DNA of 64,000 bases, taken from contig NMRA01000811.1 of NCBI GenBank assembly GCA_002633005.1, positions 71,523 through 135,522 on the forward strand, given 5' to 3'. The notes under the pieces were generated by a model, which was given only the letters and a program-made list of their open reading frames with translations, was not told where the DNA came from and did no database searches. Below, piece by piece: positions 33,535 to 48,500 of the stretch; positions within the stretch are counted from its first letter, which is position 1; every line of letters begins with the position of its first letter. The translations under genes and the position numbers were made by a program. This DNA is from Phoronis australis. Its lineage: Eukaryota > Animalia > Phoronida.

Positions 33535-36500
33535 CTACAAAAAGCCACCAACAGAAATAAAAAGTACGCAAAGCTTTCTCAATAAAACAAACCACAAATG
33601 CACGTTTTAACTTTTTAAAACACCACAGGCTGCAGTTTACACATACAAACAAGTTTGGCAAAAAAAATCACATCTGCAGTATTCGTGCATAAGTTTCTAA
33701 TTAGATGCCACAAGTTTAACCAATATCTTTTTACCAAAGACGTTTGAAATTAGAAAAATATGATTGAATTGCCTGCCGCACTCGGACTTCAAATGCATAT
33801 CTTTCACGTTTGCCTGTTTGATGTTATGAAGCCGTCTGAATAAAAAAACATTCGGACATTTAAAGGGTTAGCAAACCGGTGCTTCATTCAGTCATAAACA
33901 AGTTTTCAATTAGGACACTAACTGTCGGCCTCGTCTTGTTCCTTACACTCATTTGAAAGGATTTCCATGCTTAAAAAATAACAAAATCTTTGCTTTAGAC
34001 CCGACCATTAACTGATTGCTCACAGGGAGTTACTCCAACCGCTACCTAGGCGGTACGGCCGGCCTGGGAACCGTGAAATTCCGCGGGAATTTCAGGCGCT
34101 TCCTGGTAACCAATTTCTGTTCAAAGACTAGAACGCCACGAAGTTGTTTTGGAAGTGCAAATACGGGTCGATGTTTCAACACCAGAACATTGTTTGTGGC
34201 GAATTAAAATAGCGGTCGTCTTTGCGAACTGATGGCATGTGTTCTTCTCAAGCACAGTGACTTTTATATTTTTAAGAAAAAAAAACCGCTGGAAACACAA
34301 TCATGCATTACGTTTGCTACGGATGTTAATATTTATGAGTTAAATGCTACAACACCATCATATTCCGATGTCTTGAAACCATCTTATTGAAACATTTCTG
34401 GTTGAAGCAACATTTGCAAAATGCCAAACCTTAGTTTACTACGAACCTCGGTTTTAGGGTGCCTCCTACGTCATACTAAATCGTTTGTATCGAAAGTCAA
34501 CATTTCCCCCCCCCCCAAAAAAAAAATTCTGCTCAATATTTTACTTTAAATTTTGAACTTGACCTTAATGACGCACTTTTACTGACACCTTTTGCTGAAG
34601 GCAGTGGTTACCTTAGTTCCGGCAACAAGAAACAAAGCTGTTCTGTTCAATGTTGACAGTAAAACAACTGACGATCTCATTTTGCGAAGGTCATACAGTA
34701 CACAACGTTTGGAGTCCAGTCCGTACATTCAGCTTAATCAAATGCCCCTGGACAAAATAGTTTAGCTTTTTGTTTGGTCATCCGTCCATTGTATTGCATT
34801 CCTCTGCCCTCTCCAATCGTCATCGGTATTGGTAAATCGTTATCCAAAACAATCGTTATTAAAACCTGTCAGCCGTGAGATACAGGGAGGAAATCGGTTT
34901 CATTTCACGTTTGTGGCCTTTGACAGAGACTCATTGTCTGGTTTTTTATGATTGACTTGTACTCGTTTCAACGGCTTAATAGGAAATTTAAATCCAGCTT
35001 GTGAATGGGAGAGAAAGTTATGGGTCATTTAGTCAACCTGATGCTTTCTGCACCATCTTAATATAATGGAAATGAACAAGCTTCCGGGCAAGAAAACTCA
35101 AACATTGAGATGACATTAGAGTAAATCTATCACATATAATAAACCGTAAAATGCGCACCTTATAAAGGTCTGTCTCTGAACCGTAGAAAACTGATGAGTT
35201 GTTTGAACCATTTAATTTAACCACGTGGCAAAACCAAAACATGACAAATATGGACTCGTGTTTTTTCTTATTTTACGTTTTTCATTTTCAAGAGCTAAAG
35301 CAGAATAATTTGAAATTACGAAAATCAATTTAAGCTTTTATGGGTTCCCAACACCTGACCACAAGAGACAGTCTTTTAAGCTTTTATATCATAGCGGTTG
35401 CCACCACAAACTTGATTTTAGCGCTTCAACAAGCTTGTAAAACCACGTGTTTGTTGACCCTTTATGCGCTTCAGGCTAAATCTAGACATGATACCTGTAG
35501 GTTTCCATTAATAAAATATCTTGTTTCCACTTGTATAAATTTGTTTAAAAGTTTTCAATAGTGATTTGTATGTTTGACTTTTTAAACTATGTGTTAAAAC
35601 CAGAGCAAACAAAAAATCTATTAGGCGGTGACTTTGGGAACTGAAAACGCTAGACGTTTTCAATTAATAGTTTACCTATACAAGCTCGGATGGGATAAAC
35701 CAAATTAAAATTGGAGTCACGTTTCTAAAGTTGCCAACCCAATTCGCAATAACATGATATATTTTGACTAAAGTCTCTATTAATTAACAAATACAGGAGC
35801 CACGGGTTTACATACGAGATAATAGTCCGAGGACATTTTTAGCGTTTGCAGAAGCACGAAACACTGTGCCAATAACAAGGAGTTTAACGAAATCACGACA
35901 GGATCATTCGAAGTCCTACTCTATCTTCCCACTGCTACCAAATTACCTATTTTTAGAAGCTGTAATTTTGTACTTTCATCCTGAGAATAATAATAATGGG
36001 ACGGTGGTGCCGGAATTTTGCGAAATAAAGTCCGCAAAACAGGAAGAACGACACGATACTTAGAAGCCCTTCTGTGACAGATACTGTGCTTTAACTTCAC
36101 TGCTTATACTCAGCAAGTGTACCAGCCTGCTCGGTGAATTTTGCAAGTGTTTTAATGTTTTTCTTAGCTATGACAGTTTTCACTGAAACTGCTTTACTTC
36201 CAAAACATTCTTTTTTAATGCTTTGGTAAGGGAAACGCCAACCGACATGGTGTTCTGGCGTTTCATCTTCCATCCAGCATTTCGGGCAGCAAAAACCTGT
36301 TGCTCGACCCGTTGTTTTCCTATGTTTCTGCAGGTTAAAGTGGCCTGTTATCACCTACATTACCAACTGCAATTGAGACCTGGTCAGACTCAAAAGCTTG
36401 GTAGTTACCCGGCTCACGACCTCTTTTGTTCTTCTACAGTCAATTTTTCTTAGTCCAAGATGTTTTCCATCCTGAGAAGCTGTTTGTACTTTAACGAGAC

Positions 36501-39500
36501 ACACTGGTGTGACACGTGCACGATCGTGCACTTTACATGTGGATACCAATGAAAAATGCGGTTTAATTTTCTCATACTTTTACAATTATCCGAATTCACA
36601 GCTTCGTTACTAGCGGAAATGTTAAAGCTACACTTCGCCCAGTTTAGCCCACTAATAGCGAAAATCAAATTATACCATTTACTCGCGCAAAATCGATTTC
36701 ATAATATTCGTGATAGGATTTCATTTCCGTTAGCAACAAGAACGACGAGAACATACGAGAACATACGAAAACATACGAGACTCACGCTTCAGATTTTATT
36801 GGGGTTGGCCAACCCAAAATTGCGAATTCGAAAATGGCGCATGCGCCTGTGACTTGCGTTTAAGACAGTAATGTAATCCTGCTCCCAATAGAATATTATG
36901 AGCCCGATTTTACGAGAGTAAAAGGCCCGATTCGATTTTCGTTTTAGCCAGCTAAATTAATAGGCGATTGCAGCTTTAATATGCGTCATACAGCAGTTAA
37001 CCTTCTTGGGACAATGGACTGACACCGACTGCGCATTGTTGAATGCGACCCAAGGTCGATAGAATCACAAGAACTTTACATTTTTATATAGTTATAAATA
37101 CCTTCATTTCCAGAAGAGGAATTTGAAAACTAGTTGGTCGGTATGTTTTCCTGCTGTTCGGTACAGAATGTACGTCACCAAAAAATATCTCCTTCAGTTC
37201 ATGGTGATGGTGGCTCAAAATGTCCATTCTAAGCAGTTGCAACTCATGAAGTGAGAAGTTCAGGGCAGATGTGCAATCTACGTCTAAGAACATATTCCCT
37301 CCAACTCTGTCCTCGAATTCGTTGAATTCAAAAATTGCATAAGGTTTTTTCAGTATCCACGGAAACGTCACTGATCCAGGGCACGATTGGTTGACCAAAC
37401 TGCTCAAACGACGCGCAGCATCTCGCGTATATGCCATAACTGTCACGTGCGACAGTTTGTAGTCCATTTCAGATACTTCTGGTGAGAGAAACTGAGGACG
37501 GGGCGCGCCAAAGTTGCCTCGAGCTACAATGAGATGCGATGGATGATGGCAGTCGGGATCGGTGTAGTAATACTGTCGAGCTTCGAAGACACTCGTCAGG
37601 TTGTCGAATGTGTACTTTCGAAGAAGGAACTCGGGACCCGATCTTATTTCGCATCTGAAAGAATGGATAACGGATTAGGATAACGCGATTTTGACAGCTG
37701 ATTTTTAAAACCAGTAATTCTAATACTACAAAATTCTTAATACATGATAAGAGAATTTAGAACAAAAGACATGAACAAGCTTGTGTCAAAGACAACCTGT
37801 TTAGTGAAAGATATTCATTCTGGGTTAAGCTGCAATGTTGCAATGACGGGTTTTTCTAACTCTTTGCTGTATATCCTAGAACTAAAAGTGGCGACATGTT
37901 GGCTGTTATTTTGGTGGACCACGAACACATATGGAAAATATAGTTGTCAGTATATAATAACTCTGATGACCACGATAGACCACAAGGGTAATAGCAGTGT
38001 GCCCAATTTAGCGAAAGAAAAAACAACAGAAGGAGAATTGTCTCTTGTCGAAAACCTCCTACAAAAAAACAAACCCGACACCACAGACAAAAAACTACAA
38101 GACGACAATCAAAGCACGGCACGATATCCAAGAGAATCTAATTCGTCAAATCTCTGTACGACATTTCAGACGCAGCGGGCTAGATGTTAGGTGTTGATTT
38201 AGAATCTGAGGATCGTGTTCTCTCAGTAGAAATATAAATACAAGACTATTTATGTAACAATGTTTTATGTTGCCGTATGCTGTGAGACAACATTTTTACA
38301 TCCCAGGGGTTGTAAACTGTCTCATTAGATCAAGTTTGCACCAAATTATGAATGGTAGGACTTTCGTGCTTTGAGTTAAATAAGGGTGTACATAGATGTC
38401 TCGTCACCTGCCGTTGTTAGCAAATTACGATGACCACAGAACACACAAAAAATCATAGCCCTTAGCTTTGTTGAACCATGGTCCGGATTCCACATTACAT
38501 GTCCAAAGAAAAAATGCCAAATGCCGCGTTGCACTTTTTGCAATTTATCTTTCATAACACCTTTTAACTTTCATGTAACATTTGTAAAAGGAATTCCAAT
38601 TTTCAAATCTGTCGTTCATTAATTATTCATCATGCATCGTCACCTAAAAGTTTTCAATTGTTGAAGGCTGCACTACAATCAAAAGGGTACTTTATTATTA
38701 CTGTAAAAAAACATGTAGAAGGAATTTGTTACGGTCAGAAAACCTGTCCGAAAGGGTAATTTTTTTCATAGAAACTTCTAACAAATAGGTTGCTTTTGGT
38801 GGTGTTCACTTCCTAAAAGGGAGAGATTTATCTTGCCGTCTCTAGTACGTGGTTATCCTGGTTTCCCAGCAGGCAGCAGCACGTGCGATCATCCATTGGG
38901 ATGTGTACCCGGGGGGCACGTCATGTGGCAAATTTTATCAACCTACATCGAAGTTTCTGAAATGTCACTGACTTGTTAATAGGCATTGCAAAATTGACAG
39001 AAATCATCTGTTTTGCTGTTTACCAGCGACTTTAAAAACAATTGCAGGCGGTTTGGTACACGTTGTACCAGATGCGCGCAGGCCGCGCATGTGGGCCCAT
39101 TGCACTGATCACCTGGAATCATTTTTATGCTTTATTAATATAAAGTTAAAACCGAGCTGAGGAGCTAGAAACCTGACTCAAAGATCTAGCAGTGTGACCC
39201 AGTGGGACTCGAACTACTGTTTCCGAGAACTAGTTAACTCTCACCTGAGCAAGAATCCAAAGTCTTTGACAATATATACGCAACTGCTAGTCATTGAGAT
39301 AATTTCTATAACTTATCCTTACTGTGAAGCGCTCACAATCACTCGGCTTAACATTTTCAGCAATTATGCGGTGACCAAAATTTCTATTTTAGGTAGTCTC
39401 TCATCAAAGGAACTCCAGGCCACAGAGCAATCTTTTTACTCGAAATCTCGAGATTGAACAAATTCGAAAGTTCGGTTCATTTTTACTCAAGTTTAGAGAG

Positions 39501-42500
39501 TACACCCTTGGCCCAGAAACAATGCTTGCGTAAAAGCAAGTGATTACCTCAGGATTATTTGGGTAGCATTCATCGATTATTTTGTGATCATAAAAGGATA
39601 GGACACATTGCCTTAATATGTTTTCTTAACAAGTATTACCTTTCACGTTCACCTCAGTTTTACGCTTACGATTCCGAAACAATTCAACTCTAAACTAGTC
39701 TCTCATATTTAGCTGTTCTAGTGCCGGAAGTCTTGAAGCTGCTTTGTCTGAAAATGTTTTGATGTTCAGTAGAGCAACGGTAAATTTCATCTTTTGCGCG
39801 AGCAAATAGTTGGCCAATCTTCACTTTTTAATCTGAATTTATCTCCCTTTTATTCATTTCGCTACTGATATCATTTCTTAGTGAAACGTTTCTCCCAAAA
39901 TTTCCTGAGGCGGAATTTTTGTTTATAACCACAACCGGAGGAGGTGTGATTTGTAGCAACTGGGGGTCCTGTGGAGGATCAGAGTTTGGCAATATCGAAT
40001 TCGTCTGGGTGCCTGCACCCTACTCCCCCAATATTTTTTACCTTTCTACAGGGCCGATATTAAGTCCATTTTACCCGGCTGTTTTCTCAACATTGGGCTT
40101 GTGGCATAAATAACAAAACGGGAAACCGCCGTGCTACGATTCACCGAGTCACACAATGATTTGTGGTTTGAATGTTTGTTGTCATCGGACATGTTTTATA
40201 CCGGTGTACAAATATCCAAAGTTAATATTAATAATTAGCCCCAGCGCACACAAAGCTGACGGACAAATGCTCACTGTCAACAAACGCATTCTATCAAATA
40301 CCGCCAAAAACAGCTGAAACACTGTCTTACACGACTTGCTTTGACTTGAAAAACATCGCACATTCTCACACACAATCCACAAGTCTATCAAGAAAATGTA
40401 ATAATAGAAAGCATCTTCACGCTTTTGTGAGGATATTGTCAATTACAAATACCGTGGAAGGTATCAGGTAATATGCATGTGGACCGAAGGAGAGCAATGT
40501 TGCCGGAGGCCGAAGGGACCGGTCTATATTTGCTTTATTACACGACCATTGATCCCTCTTTTCTCTGACTTTTTTGTCTCTTATTAGATTAGCCTACCAG
40601 CTTCCATGTTTTGTATCGTCTGCTTGCTTTGGGTTCAGGGTTCATGGTTTCTACAGTGTCTGATTGGTCAGATCGCTTATAGCGGCATCTGAAGTGTGGA
40701 CGGTATGAATGAAAAGTGATATTCCGTGACCAAGTTGGTCGACACTATGGTTTATATCGGAAGTTGTGGTACCGCGATTCAGCCAGGCCCAGGCAGAGGA
40801 GAGAAATACAAGTGTCGCGATGTTATTTGGGGATGCTGTATTAACCCGAGAATGTTCATCATTATGACGAGCTGACTGAGTTCTCGTTATCTTGACCCCA
40901 ACTCGAAAACTTATGATTAGAACTGATTGGATTATGAAAGAGTAAAACTGTGGAACAATTTCAAAGCAGGCATCTATGTGAGCTATCGGAGTTCTCTCAT
41001 GTTGTCCCAATTTACTTCACAAATATTTTTCGAAAGTAATAGCTGTGAAATCAGTCTGTCACTTACAAGGGTCTCGCATTTTGATAACCAGTTTTCTCCA
41101 CTAAATAGCGTGCATCAAACTGGTTCTCAACACCCGGAACCCCTGCAAGTGACCATTGCTCTGTCAGGTAACTTTATTACAAATATTTGTGCACGGCTGA
41201 GATAAGTCGGTAACTAGCATATGTGCAAACGTCTTATTGTTTGTATCTTGATTCCAGTTTAAATAAAATTTTACCAACTAAATAACATATTTTAAGTAGC
41301 TGGAAAAGAATTTAACGAATAACATACCTAAAATTCACATAAAAAGATTTTTGCATTTGTACATCGAAAAGAATCACCATCCTTGATCCGGTTGCAAATA
41401 TCCTAAAAGCCACGTGACCTTCCATTCTTTGACGAAGAATTTTAATCGGGGGTCCCCGCAAAAATCTGATGGACAACTATTGTTAGTGAGTGCGAGGACA
41501 TGCGGCTGCGAGGAATTTTTGCACCAGGATCACAGGTCATGATTCGTTTTGGTATAATTTGAATTTTAGCCACCTTATTCCCCAAACGCGGGTCCAGCAA
41601 CTTAAACACAAATCGCCTCCGACCCCTTCAATTCACAGACGATATTTCAAATACCCTCTGAAGCAGGTGTTCAGGATCGCATTCATTCCTTGACGACGTC
41701 ACCTTTAAAAGTGCAATACACCACACCAACGTTCAATTCGTTGTTACGTAAAGAGTTAATCGAAGTGCCAGTTTTTCAATTACGTCCCACCAGTATTAAT
41801 GGTAATGAGTTCAACTGTGGAATAACAGTACCCATCATGCATCTCTTTAAACAAGGGATAAACGTGACAATAAACATTAACGCAACCATCTTAAATGGAT
41901 AATGAATTAAATGTATCTCAGAAGTGCCACCTGTTGATTGCTATAACTAACTATGAAAAACTGGATTCTATAAACCGTCTCAGCGAGAACTGCATACTAA
42001 ATTTGCTCATTTTTTTCAAGTCAATTTATGATATTTTCAGCTAACGATTTCAGTTTTTGTTGACTTTCAAATTTGTTTGCGATGGCAAAACACAAACAGT
42101 AAATAAACAATGGAAACGTTTGGAAGATTGATGGTCATGCCGGAAAATGAGGCGAACAAAACAAGGAAGGAGGCCTGCCCAGAGAGGATATTATATGGGG
42201 TCGCATGTATACGAAGTGTCCTTTCTCTTAACATAGTGACTGTGACCGAAAACAATTTTTGGTTACGGTAGGTCTTGTGTGGTTATTTGAAGTTCTAAGA
42301 AGAATGTTAATCTAGAACAAACATTAGGCCTATGTACCCCCGCGGGGACCTACTGTACGTTGACATTTGTGTTCGTTTTAACCAAATATGATTTAATACA
42401 GACGCAAGGTTATATCATTATGAAAGGAGTGAAACCAGATATAATGCCTCATGTTTCCTTGACTTCTGGTCACGTGGAATGCGTCAATAAAAAGTACTCG

Positions 42501-45500
42501 AAATAAGTAACTTACACGGGCTCCTCACGATCCTATTAGCTAAAGACAAATGACAAGTATGTTATCACCGTGCAGACGCAGATAAGAAAAGATGGTATGC
42601 GCTTTCATAAAACATAAAAGAGTTTCAGATAGAGTGGTTAACGCGAAACAGAAAAGATATCACCGGATTGTTACCTAACCCAAATGTGGTTATGGGCTTC
42701 TCGCCGTGTGTGATCCAAGCATTATTCTTCTTTAATGTGAGCTGAATCATGGTTACAGACCATTCACTATCCACTCGTAGTCACCACACGTGTGACTGAT
42801 CGTTTCATGAAAATCCGTGTAATATCTCATCTCGTGAAAGAGTTGCTACGAAACTTACGCAGAACTCTTTGCTGCTTGTTTTGACGAGGGGTCTCATCGA
42901 CAAGAATTACGTAATGGAAGGCATTACTTACAAGTTACCAAATTCTACAATAAATAAAGGACGACTTCTCGTTTATTATTCATCGTCAGTCTTTGTTTCG
43001 AAGAGAACCACCAGCCGGCTGGTATGCAACGTGTTGAGAAAGCAGAGAAGGGTGGAATTTATTTAGGGTGGAATTTATTTGAAATCGGTCCGAGACAAAT
43101 ACACACAATGAAACGTTAGCTTCAAGAGTTAAGTTTCTAATTACAAACAAAAACCTAAATCTTAAAGTGATGAACAAATATTTGCATAGGAATGGGTTTC
43201 TTTATCCAATGTTTCAAAAAGAACAGTAATAACAAAATATAATCCACGCAAACAGTAAAATCTTGTCACTGTTATCTAAGAACATGTATACTGTGTCACA
43301 CTAAACGACAAGAATAACTAAAAATCTATGATTGCATTCCACATACGCCACACGATTTGCAATCGCATAATTCCAGAGAGGCCATGTCGTTATGTTTTTA
43401 TGAGGCTTAGCAGAGCATTTCAAGGACTGACACCTTTTCGTATGGAAATCTGGCATAGTAAGGGTACCTTCATTTCTCTGGTTGTAGGGACTATTTTGGG
43501 GGAGTCGAATGATGTCGCTAGCAACAGTTAACCAAAATGTTTTTCTAATTAAGTCGATGTTATTTCACGAATGTTTTACCAGAAAAGCAAAGATTTCTCT
43601 GCATACACTCGATGGAATGCGACAGTTTTTGGTCATACCAACAACGAGGTGGTTGAAATCATACTTATAAGAGAAGATGGCGTGCATATCATTCATTAAA
43701 TGGCCTTATCATGTTATGGTGATAAAATTTCTGATGTTAAAAGCATCAACTCTCTTCACAGGTCGCACTTGTTCCTCCAAAGTAGCGACATTGTGTTCCT
43801 ATCCTTAGTTGGAACTGAAATCGGTTACAAAAAATGGCCTCGAAATTGCCGGACGGCCATACTGCCTCGGTGACGAAAACTAATCCGCCGGGACAAGTTA
43901 ATGGGTGTAAAACAATAAAGACCTGACTGTACCTCCCAAGGATAATCTGAATATGGAACAAGATGAAATCAATTATGTAACAGTAATTGGCTTAAAACAA
44001 AAGTTGTTTTTGACAGAAAGCCCGTGGTTATTTCCCCTGTAGATGGCGCTTCGGTAGATTTTTGCGTCATATTCAGAAAGTATGTATTGAATACAACCAA
44101 CAGAATGATATACGCTGTCATGAAAAAATTTAAATTGCACATCAAAGTGCATTCCTATTTGATGTGACTGTTGTAGACCACCATTTTTTCTATTTTGTCC
44201 ACTAGTAGCGAATCTACGGGGGTGAAGTCCATCGCGCTCAATAAATGATTTCTGTGGAGAAACGCTTTCTGTCGTCGTTTTGTTACGAGGAACACTGACG
44301 TGTCACGAGATACCCCTAAAAAGGTGTCGTCTGTCGCGTTTCTCTGTTTTGCTCCTGCCCGAAATGTGGCCTGTGCGGAATGAGTAAAATATCCCTCAAA
44401 TTCTAGATCCGCCACTGTCCATCCGTAATGCCATACAGGAGCTGTGGTAGAACACAACAGTGTTGTTTTTGTCATTCATAGCACTTTGAGTTGTTTACAT
44501 AAGCTTTGTGAAAGCTGATCCTCTCGCTTGTTGAATAACCTTCGATCATCTTGAGTAAGTTTTGTTAACATTAGGCCAACGAGTTTGACTTTTTTATGAA
44601 AAGGATTTTAGCGCTTGTAAAACGACACAGCGTGAAAAGTGAAGCAATAATGTTTACAACTAAATTGGGCACTCAAGATGACAGCCGTATTAACTTGTAA
44701 AACACGTATAAGTGACCAAACATTAGATGGCTTGTAGAGGATTCAGTTTCAGTAACGTATAAATACAGCGTGGTAGGTTAAAAGAAATATTCGATGGCAA
44801 AAAACAACAACCGAAAGATGTTGAGGTCGGGGCATAAAGACGCCTTTTCATTCCACAACTTCCGGTATTTCGTGAAATCAAGTGATAAAATTCCTAAATT
44901 GGGGCAACAAATTACAGAGCAATGAAAATATTAGTTGCTGTAGCAAAATAAAACAAGTAATGTTTTGTAGCAATTAATGGCTTGACCTTTAAAACCACCA
45001 AACCGTTGGTTTCCGTAGTGAGTCCGCGTGATGAAGACCAAGGTCGGTCAGTTTGACATTTTCACTACCCTAATTACTGCTGGAGGAAATGATGGGTTTC
45101 CTTAAGGTAAATGGGGACTAATTTAGTTGTCAGTGTGACACGGCTCGAGTTATCTAGATGGTCTTGAAGATCTCAACCCAACGGGTGTGTGGCCCCCTAT
45201 TCGCGAAGTTAGGCGTGAATTTCGTCATTAGCTAAATAGAAATCGGGCAAAATTGTTGTGTTGTACTCACAAAATGTGCCGATTAGCACGAGCACGTAAA
45301 AGAGCGGAAACAGGAACTCGTCGGGAATACGCTAGGAATTACGAGTGAGCCAGGTCGTGAGTAAAAAATAATGACCACAAACATTATGACAATACTGGCG
45401 TCAAAGCTGGTTCGCAGACATGAGGCCTTAATGTTTCGCAGACTAAAATCTGATTTCTCCAACTGTTATCTCAAGTTTGTTAAGTCTCGCGACGTCCAAC

Positions 45501-48500
45501 ATACAGTTTAGCATTTTGATATGATCGTTAAAATAGCTATATTCATTTTCAGAAGTTCTTGTACTACAAAACAGGTTGTCGAAAATATCAAAAATAAAAG
45601 ACAGAACTCCCAAACACATCGCGTTATCTTGACTTGCGAAAACAAACCCACGCTCAAAGAATATGACAAGTAGCAGATTTCAATACTTTCACGACTGATG
45701 ACACTCGTCCAAGCCCTTGAACATGCATAGCTCAAACGGTTATATGAGTGATTCTCATGCTTTTGAATTTTCATGAACCTTAAAATCCACTTTAAACTTA
45801 GAGAATAAAGGTTTTAAACAAATTTCACAGAAGAGTAAAGGATTTACAATGTTATTATTAAAAAAATCTCTTAAGATTAAGTTTAAAAACTTCGTTTTAT
45901 ATTAAACAAATTGTGAATCGAAATGACTATTGTAATTTGCAACCTTGATCACATTTGCGATTAAGTGTGCTCCTGTTTGTTTTCTCTTTCACAAATACCA
46001 GTGTTCCTTCTTTACACGAAAATAAACAAAAACAAAAACATATACTATAAAAGCCGGCAATCGACCCCGTGTGGGTTTGTAACGAAAGTAAACACTAATT
46101 AGAAAAGGCACTCGCAATTACGGAAAGCAGTGACCTCCGCTGTCCAGAGGTACAGAGAAAACAAGCACGCTGCAGCAGGTACAAAAAAAGCATAGAAACA
46201 TAGTGTTAAAAAGCTTCGCATACATTCCAATATTACTGACATTCTCGGCGAGATACGTAACATTAAGGAGAGCAGTTGCATTGAATCGAACCCAATAAAT
46301 AACTGGTCATGAGACACGATGACAGGCAAACTGTGTCAAAATGTATAGAAAGTCTGTAGCAACGGTGAACTACTAATTTTCAACATCCATCCGAAAATGT
46401 GTATTGAAGACCGTTACACACAAATTATCTAGCTCTTCACGAACGCTCCGGTTGCGAATTTGTGTTAGCACACAATGTAACGATCTTCAGCAAGCCGAAG
46501 CTAAAGAATTGCTGTTTAACGGCGTACTTGATTCCGGAATTTCACGATCCTATATTGAAATAAAATTGCCTTAATTTTCTCTACGCCGCTGCCTTATTGC
46601 ACCTTAATGTGTATTCTATTGAACGTGTCTCTTTCAATAAACTTCATTGCTTGAGGGCTGGCTGGTTATACCATTGACTAAATAGTTAACTAAGGGAGCC
46701 GGTGATTGGATTTCACATGTGAAAATTTCTCAAATAGAATTAAGCGAATTAAGAAAGACCTCGCAACAGGTATATTACGCGCACAATGAAGCACGATGAC
46801 AAAACGCCGAATTGGTGGCATTTTACTTTCGTTTAACCGAGTGACTATTTAATTTGTTTTATTCAATTCCGGTTGGAGCGGGTGTCAGGCTTGAGTCACC
46901 ATGCGAAAACACAAAAGCTGAGGTTTTCGTAACTTCGATGTTCTTCTTACGGCATCCGATAACCTCGTTCATACTCTCCGGACCAGAGTCCAGCGCGGGT
47001 TTCTTTTAGCATGTCTCTATTGGTAAATCTTGCTTTCCTTTGAGCTTGATGACGAAGCCACGTTTTTGCTTGATAATCGTTTCACAAACTTTCATTGAAT
47101 TCTTAGTTTAGGTTGCGCCTATTCGTGGACAACCAAAAGATGCAGTTACGAAAAACCACTGGCGAAGGATAACTGTAGATAGGTTTGACTTGTCGAACAA
47201 CATCGACCCTTGCCAAGCTATAAGCAAAAGGGGTACACGTATTGAGACAGTTACAGCGTGGTTAGAACACCATTACACTTGAATTTACATGCCACGTGTA
47301 TGAAGTACTTCAAGAAAGATTGATCAAACCCGCCACCGATTTCCTCACAAAACAGTCAGGACTCTCTGCACCGTTTTCAGCTCGGCCTAGGTTTACATTA
47401 CATTTTGGTGACAGGGAATCCCTTAGTCGGAATTTGTTGTCTGTTGAAGCGTCTCAAATTTATTTTATCTCAGTTTGATGCTTTGACCGCGGAGGGTATG
47501 CTTACAGTCGTTTTAAACAACCATCAAAACAAGTTGGCGCACTTTTGATGGCCCCAGTTAACTTATAATTGAAAGGAATTAGAGAAACCGAGAATTTACT
47601 TTTCTCTACCTGTTTCCCGTGAGATCATTTACATGTTTATGGCGTAAAGCCAAATTCTATTCACAATATCTAAGAATAGCGGTATTTGTCCCTAGATTTC
47701 AAGACCTCCACAATAAACATAGTGGGCCACTTGAAGTCGCCAGTCCAGTCATAAATGTCCGTCCTACTATGGTTAGACGAAGCATTATTTGTTTTCAAGC
47801 CTCAATTCCTAATGAGCTTCATAAAAGTAGATGGTCCAGTCGAAGTATATTTGTGGTCGACGAACACCATTCGATCAAAGGAAAATGGCAAAACTGGCGG
47901 TAGTGTGTAAGAACCAATTCATTTGTCTCATACCCTCATTCCGATTGCCAATCGCATACCCTCTCTGTTTACAAGAAGAGTAGTACGGCAATTTGAACAC
48001 AAAATCGCCTTGTACTTTGTGCGAAACGGGTCATAATTGGTTCAAGATTTCTCAATGTCGTTTAGGACGATTCTGGACTTACTAGATCAGTGAATTAACC
48101 CGCTATTAACCCGCTATTCATGATAAAAAACATACTTTTTATTCAGTCCTCGTGCCGTTATGAAACTGGTCTTATAATTTTCCCCAGCTTACTGGGTTGT
48201 CATGGCGTGTCATTTTGCGCACCGTGCATCTGATCTCAATGAAATGCTTCGGAATTTCTTGTAAACCAAGTAAGGCAGAACGGAGACCAAATTTAGAACT
48301 TCATGATTTTATCAGACTTTATAGTTAGAAAAACAACGATTTCAGTAGGAGAAAACTCCAAAAATTTTAAGATCATCTGATGTTAAAGCTGTAAGATGTG
48401 TATTTGATTTACTGGATTAAAATGGCAGTTTGCTAGGTTATGAATATAAAAAGTTGAATAAAAATTCATTTAATCCTATAAAAGCAACATTTGATGTAGT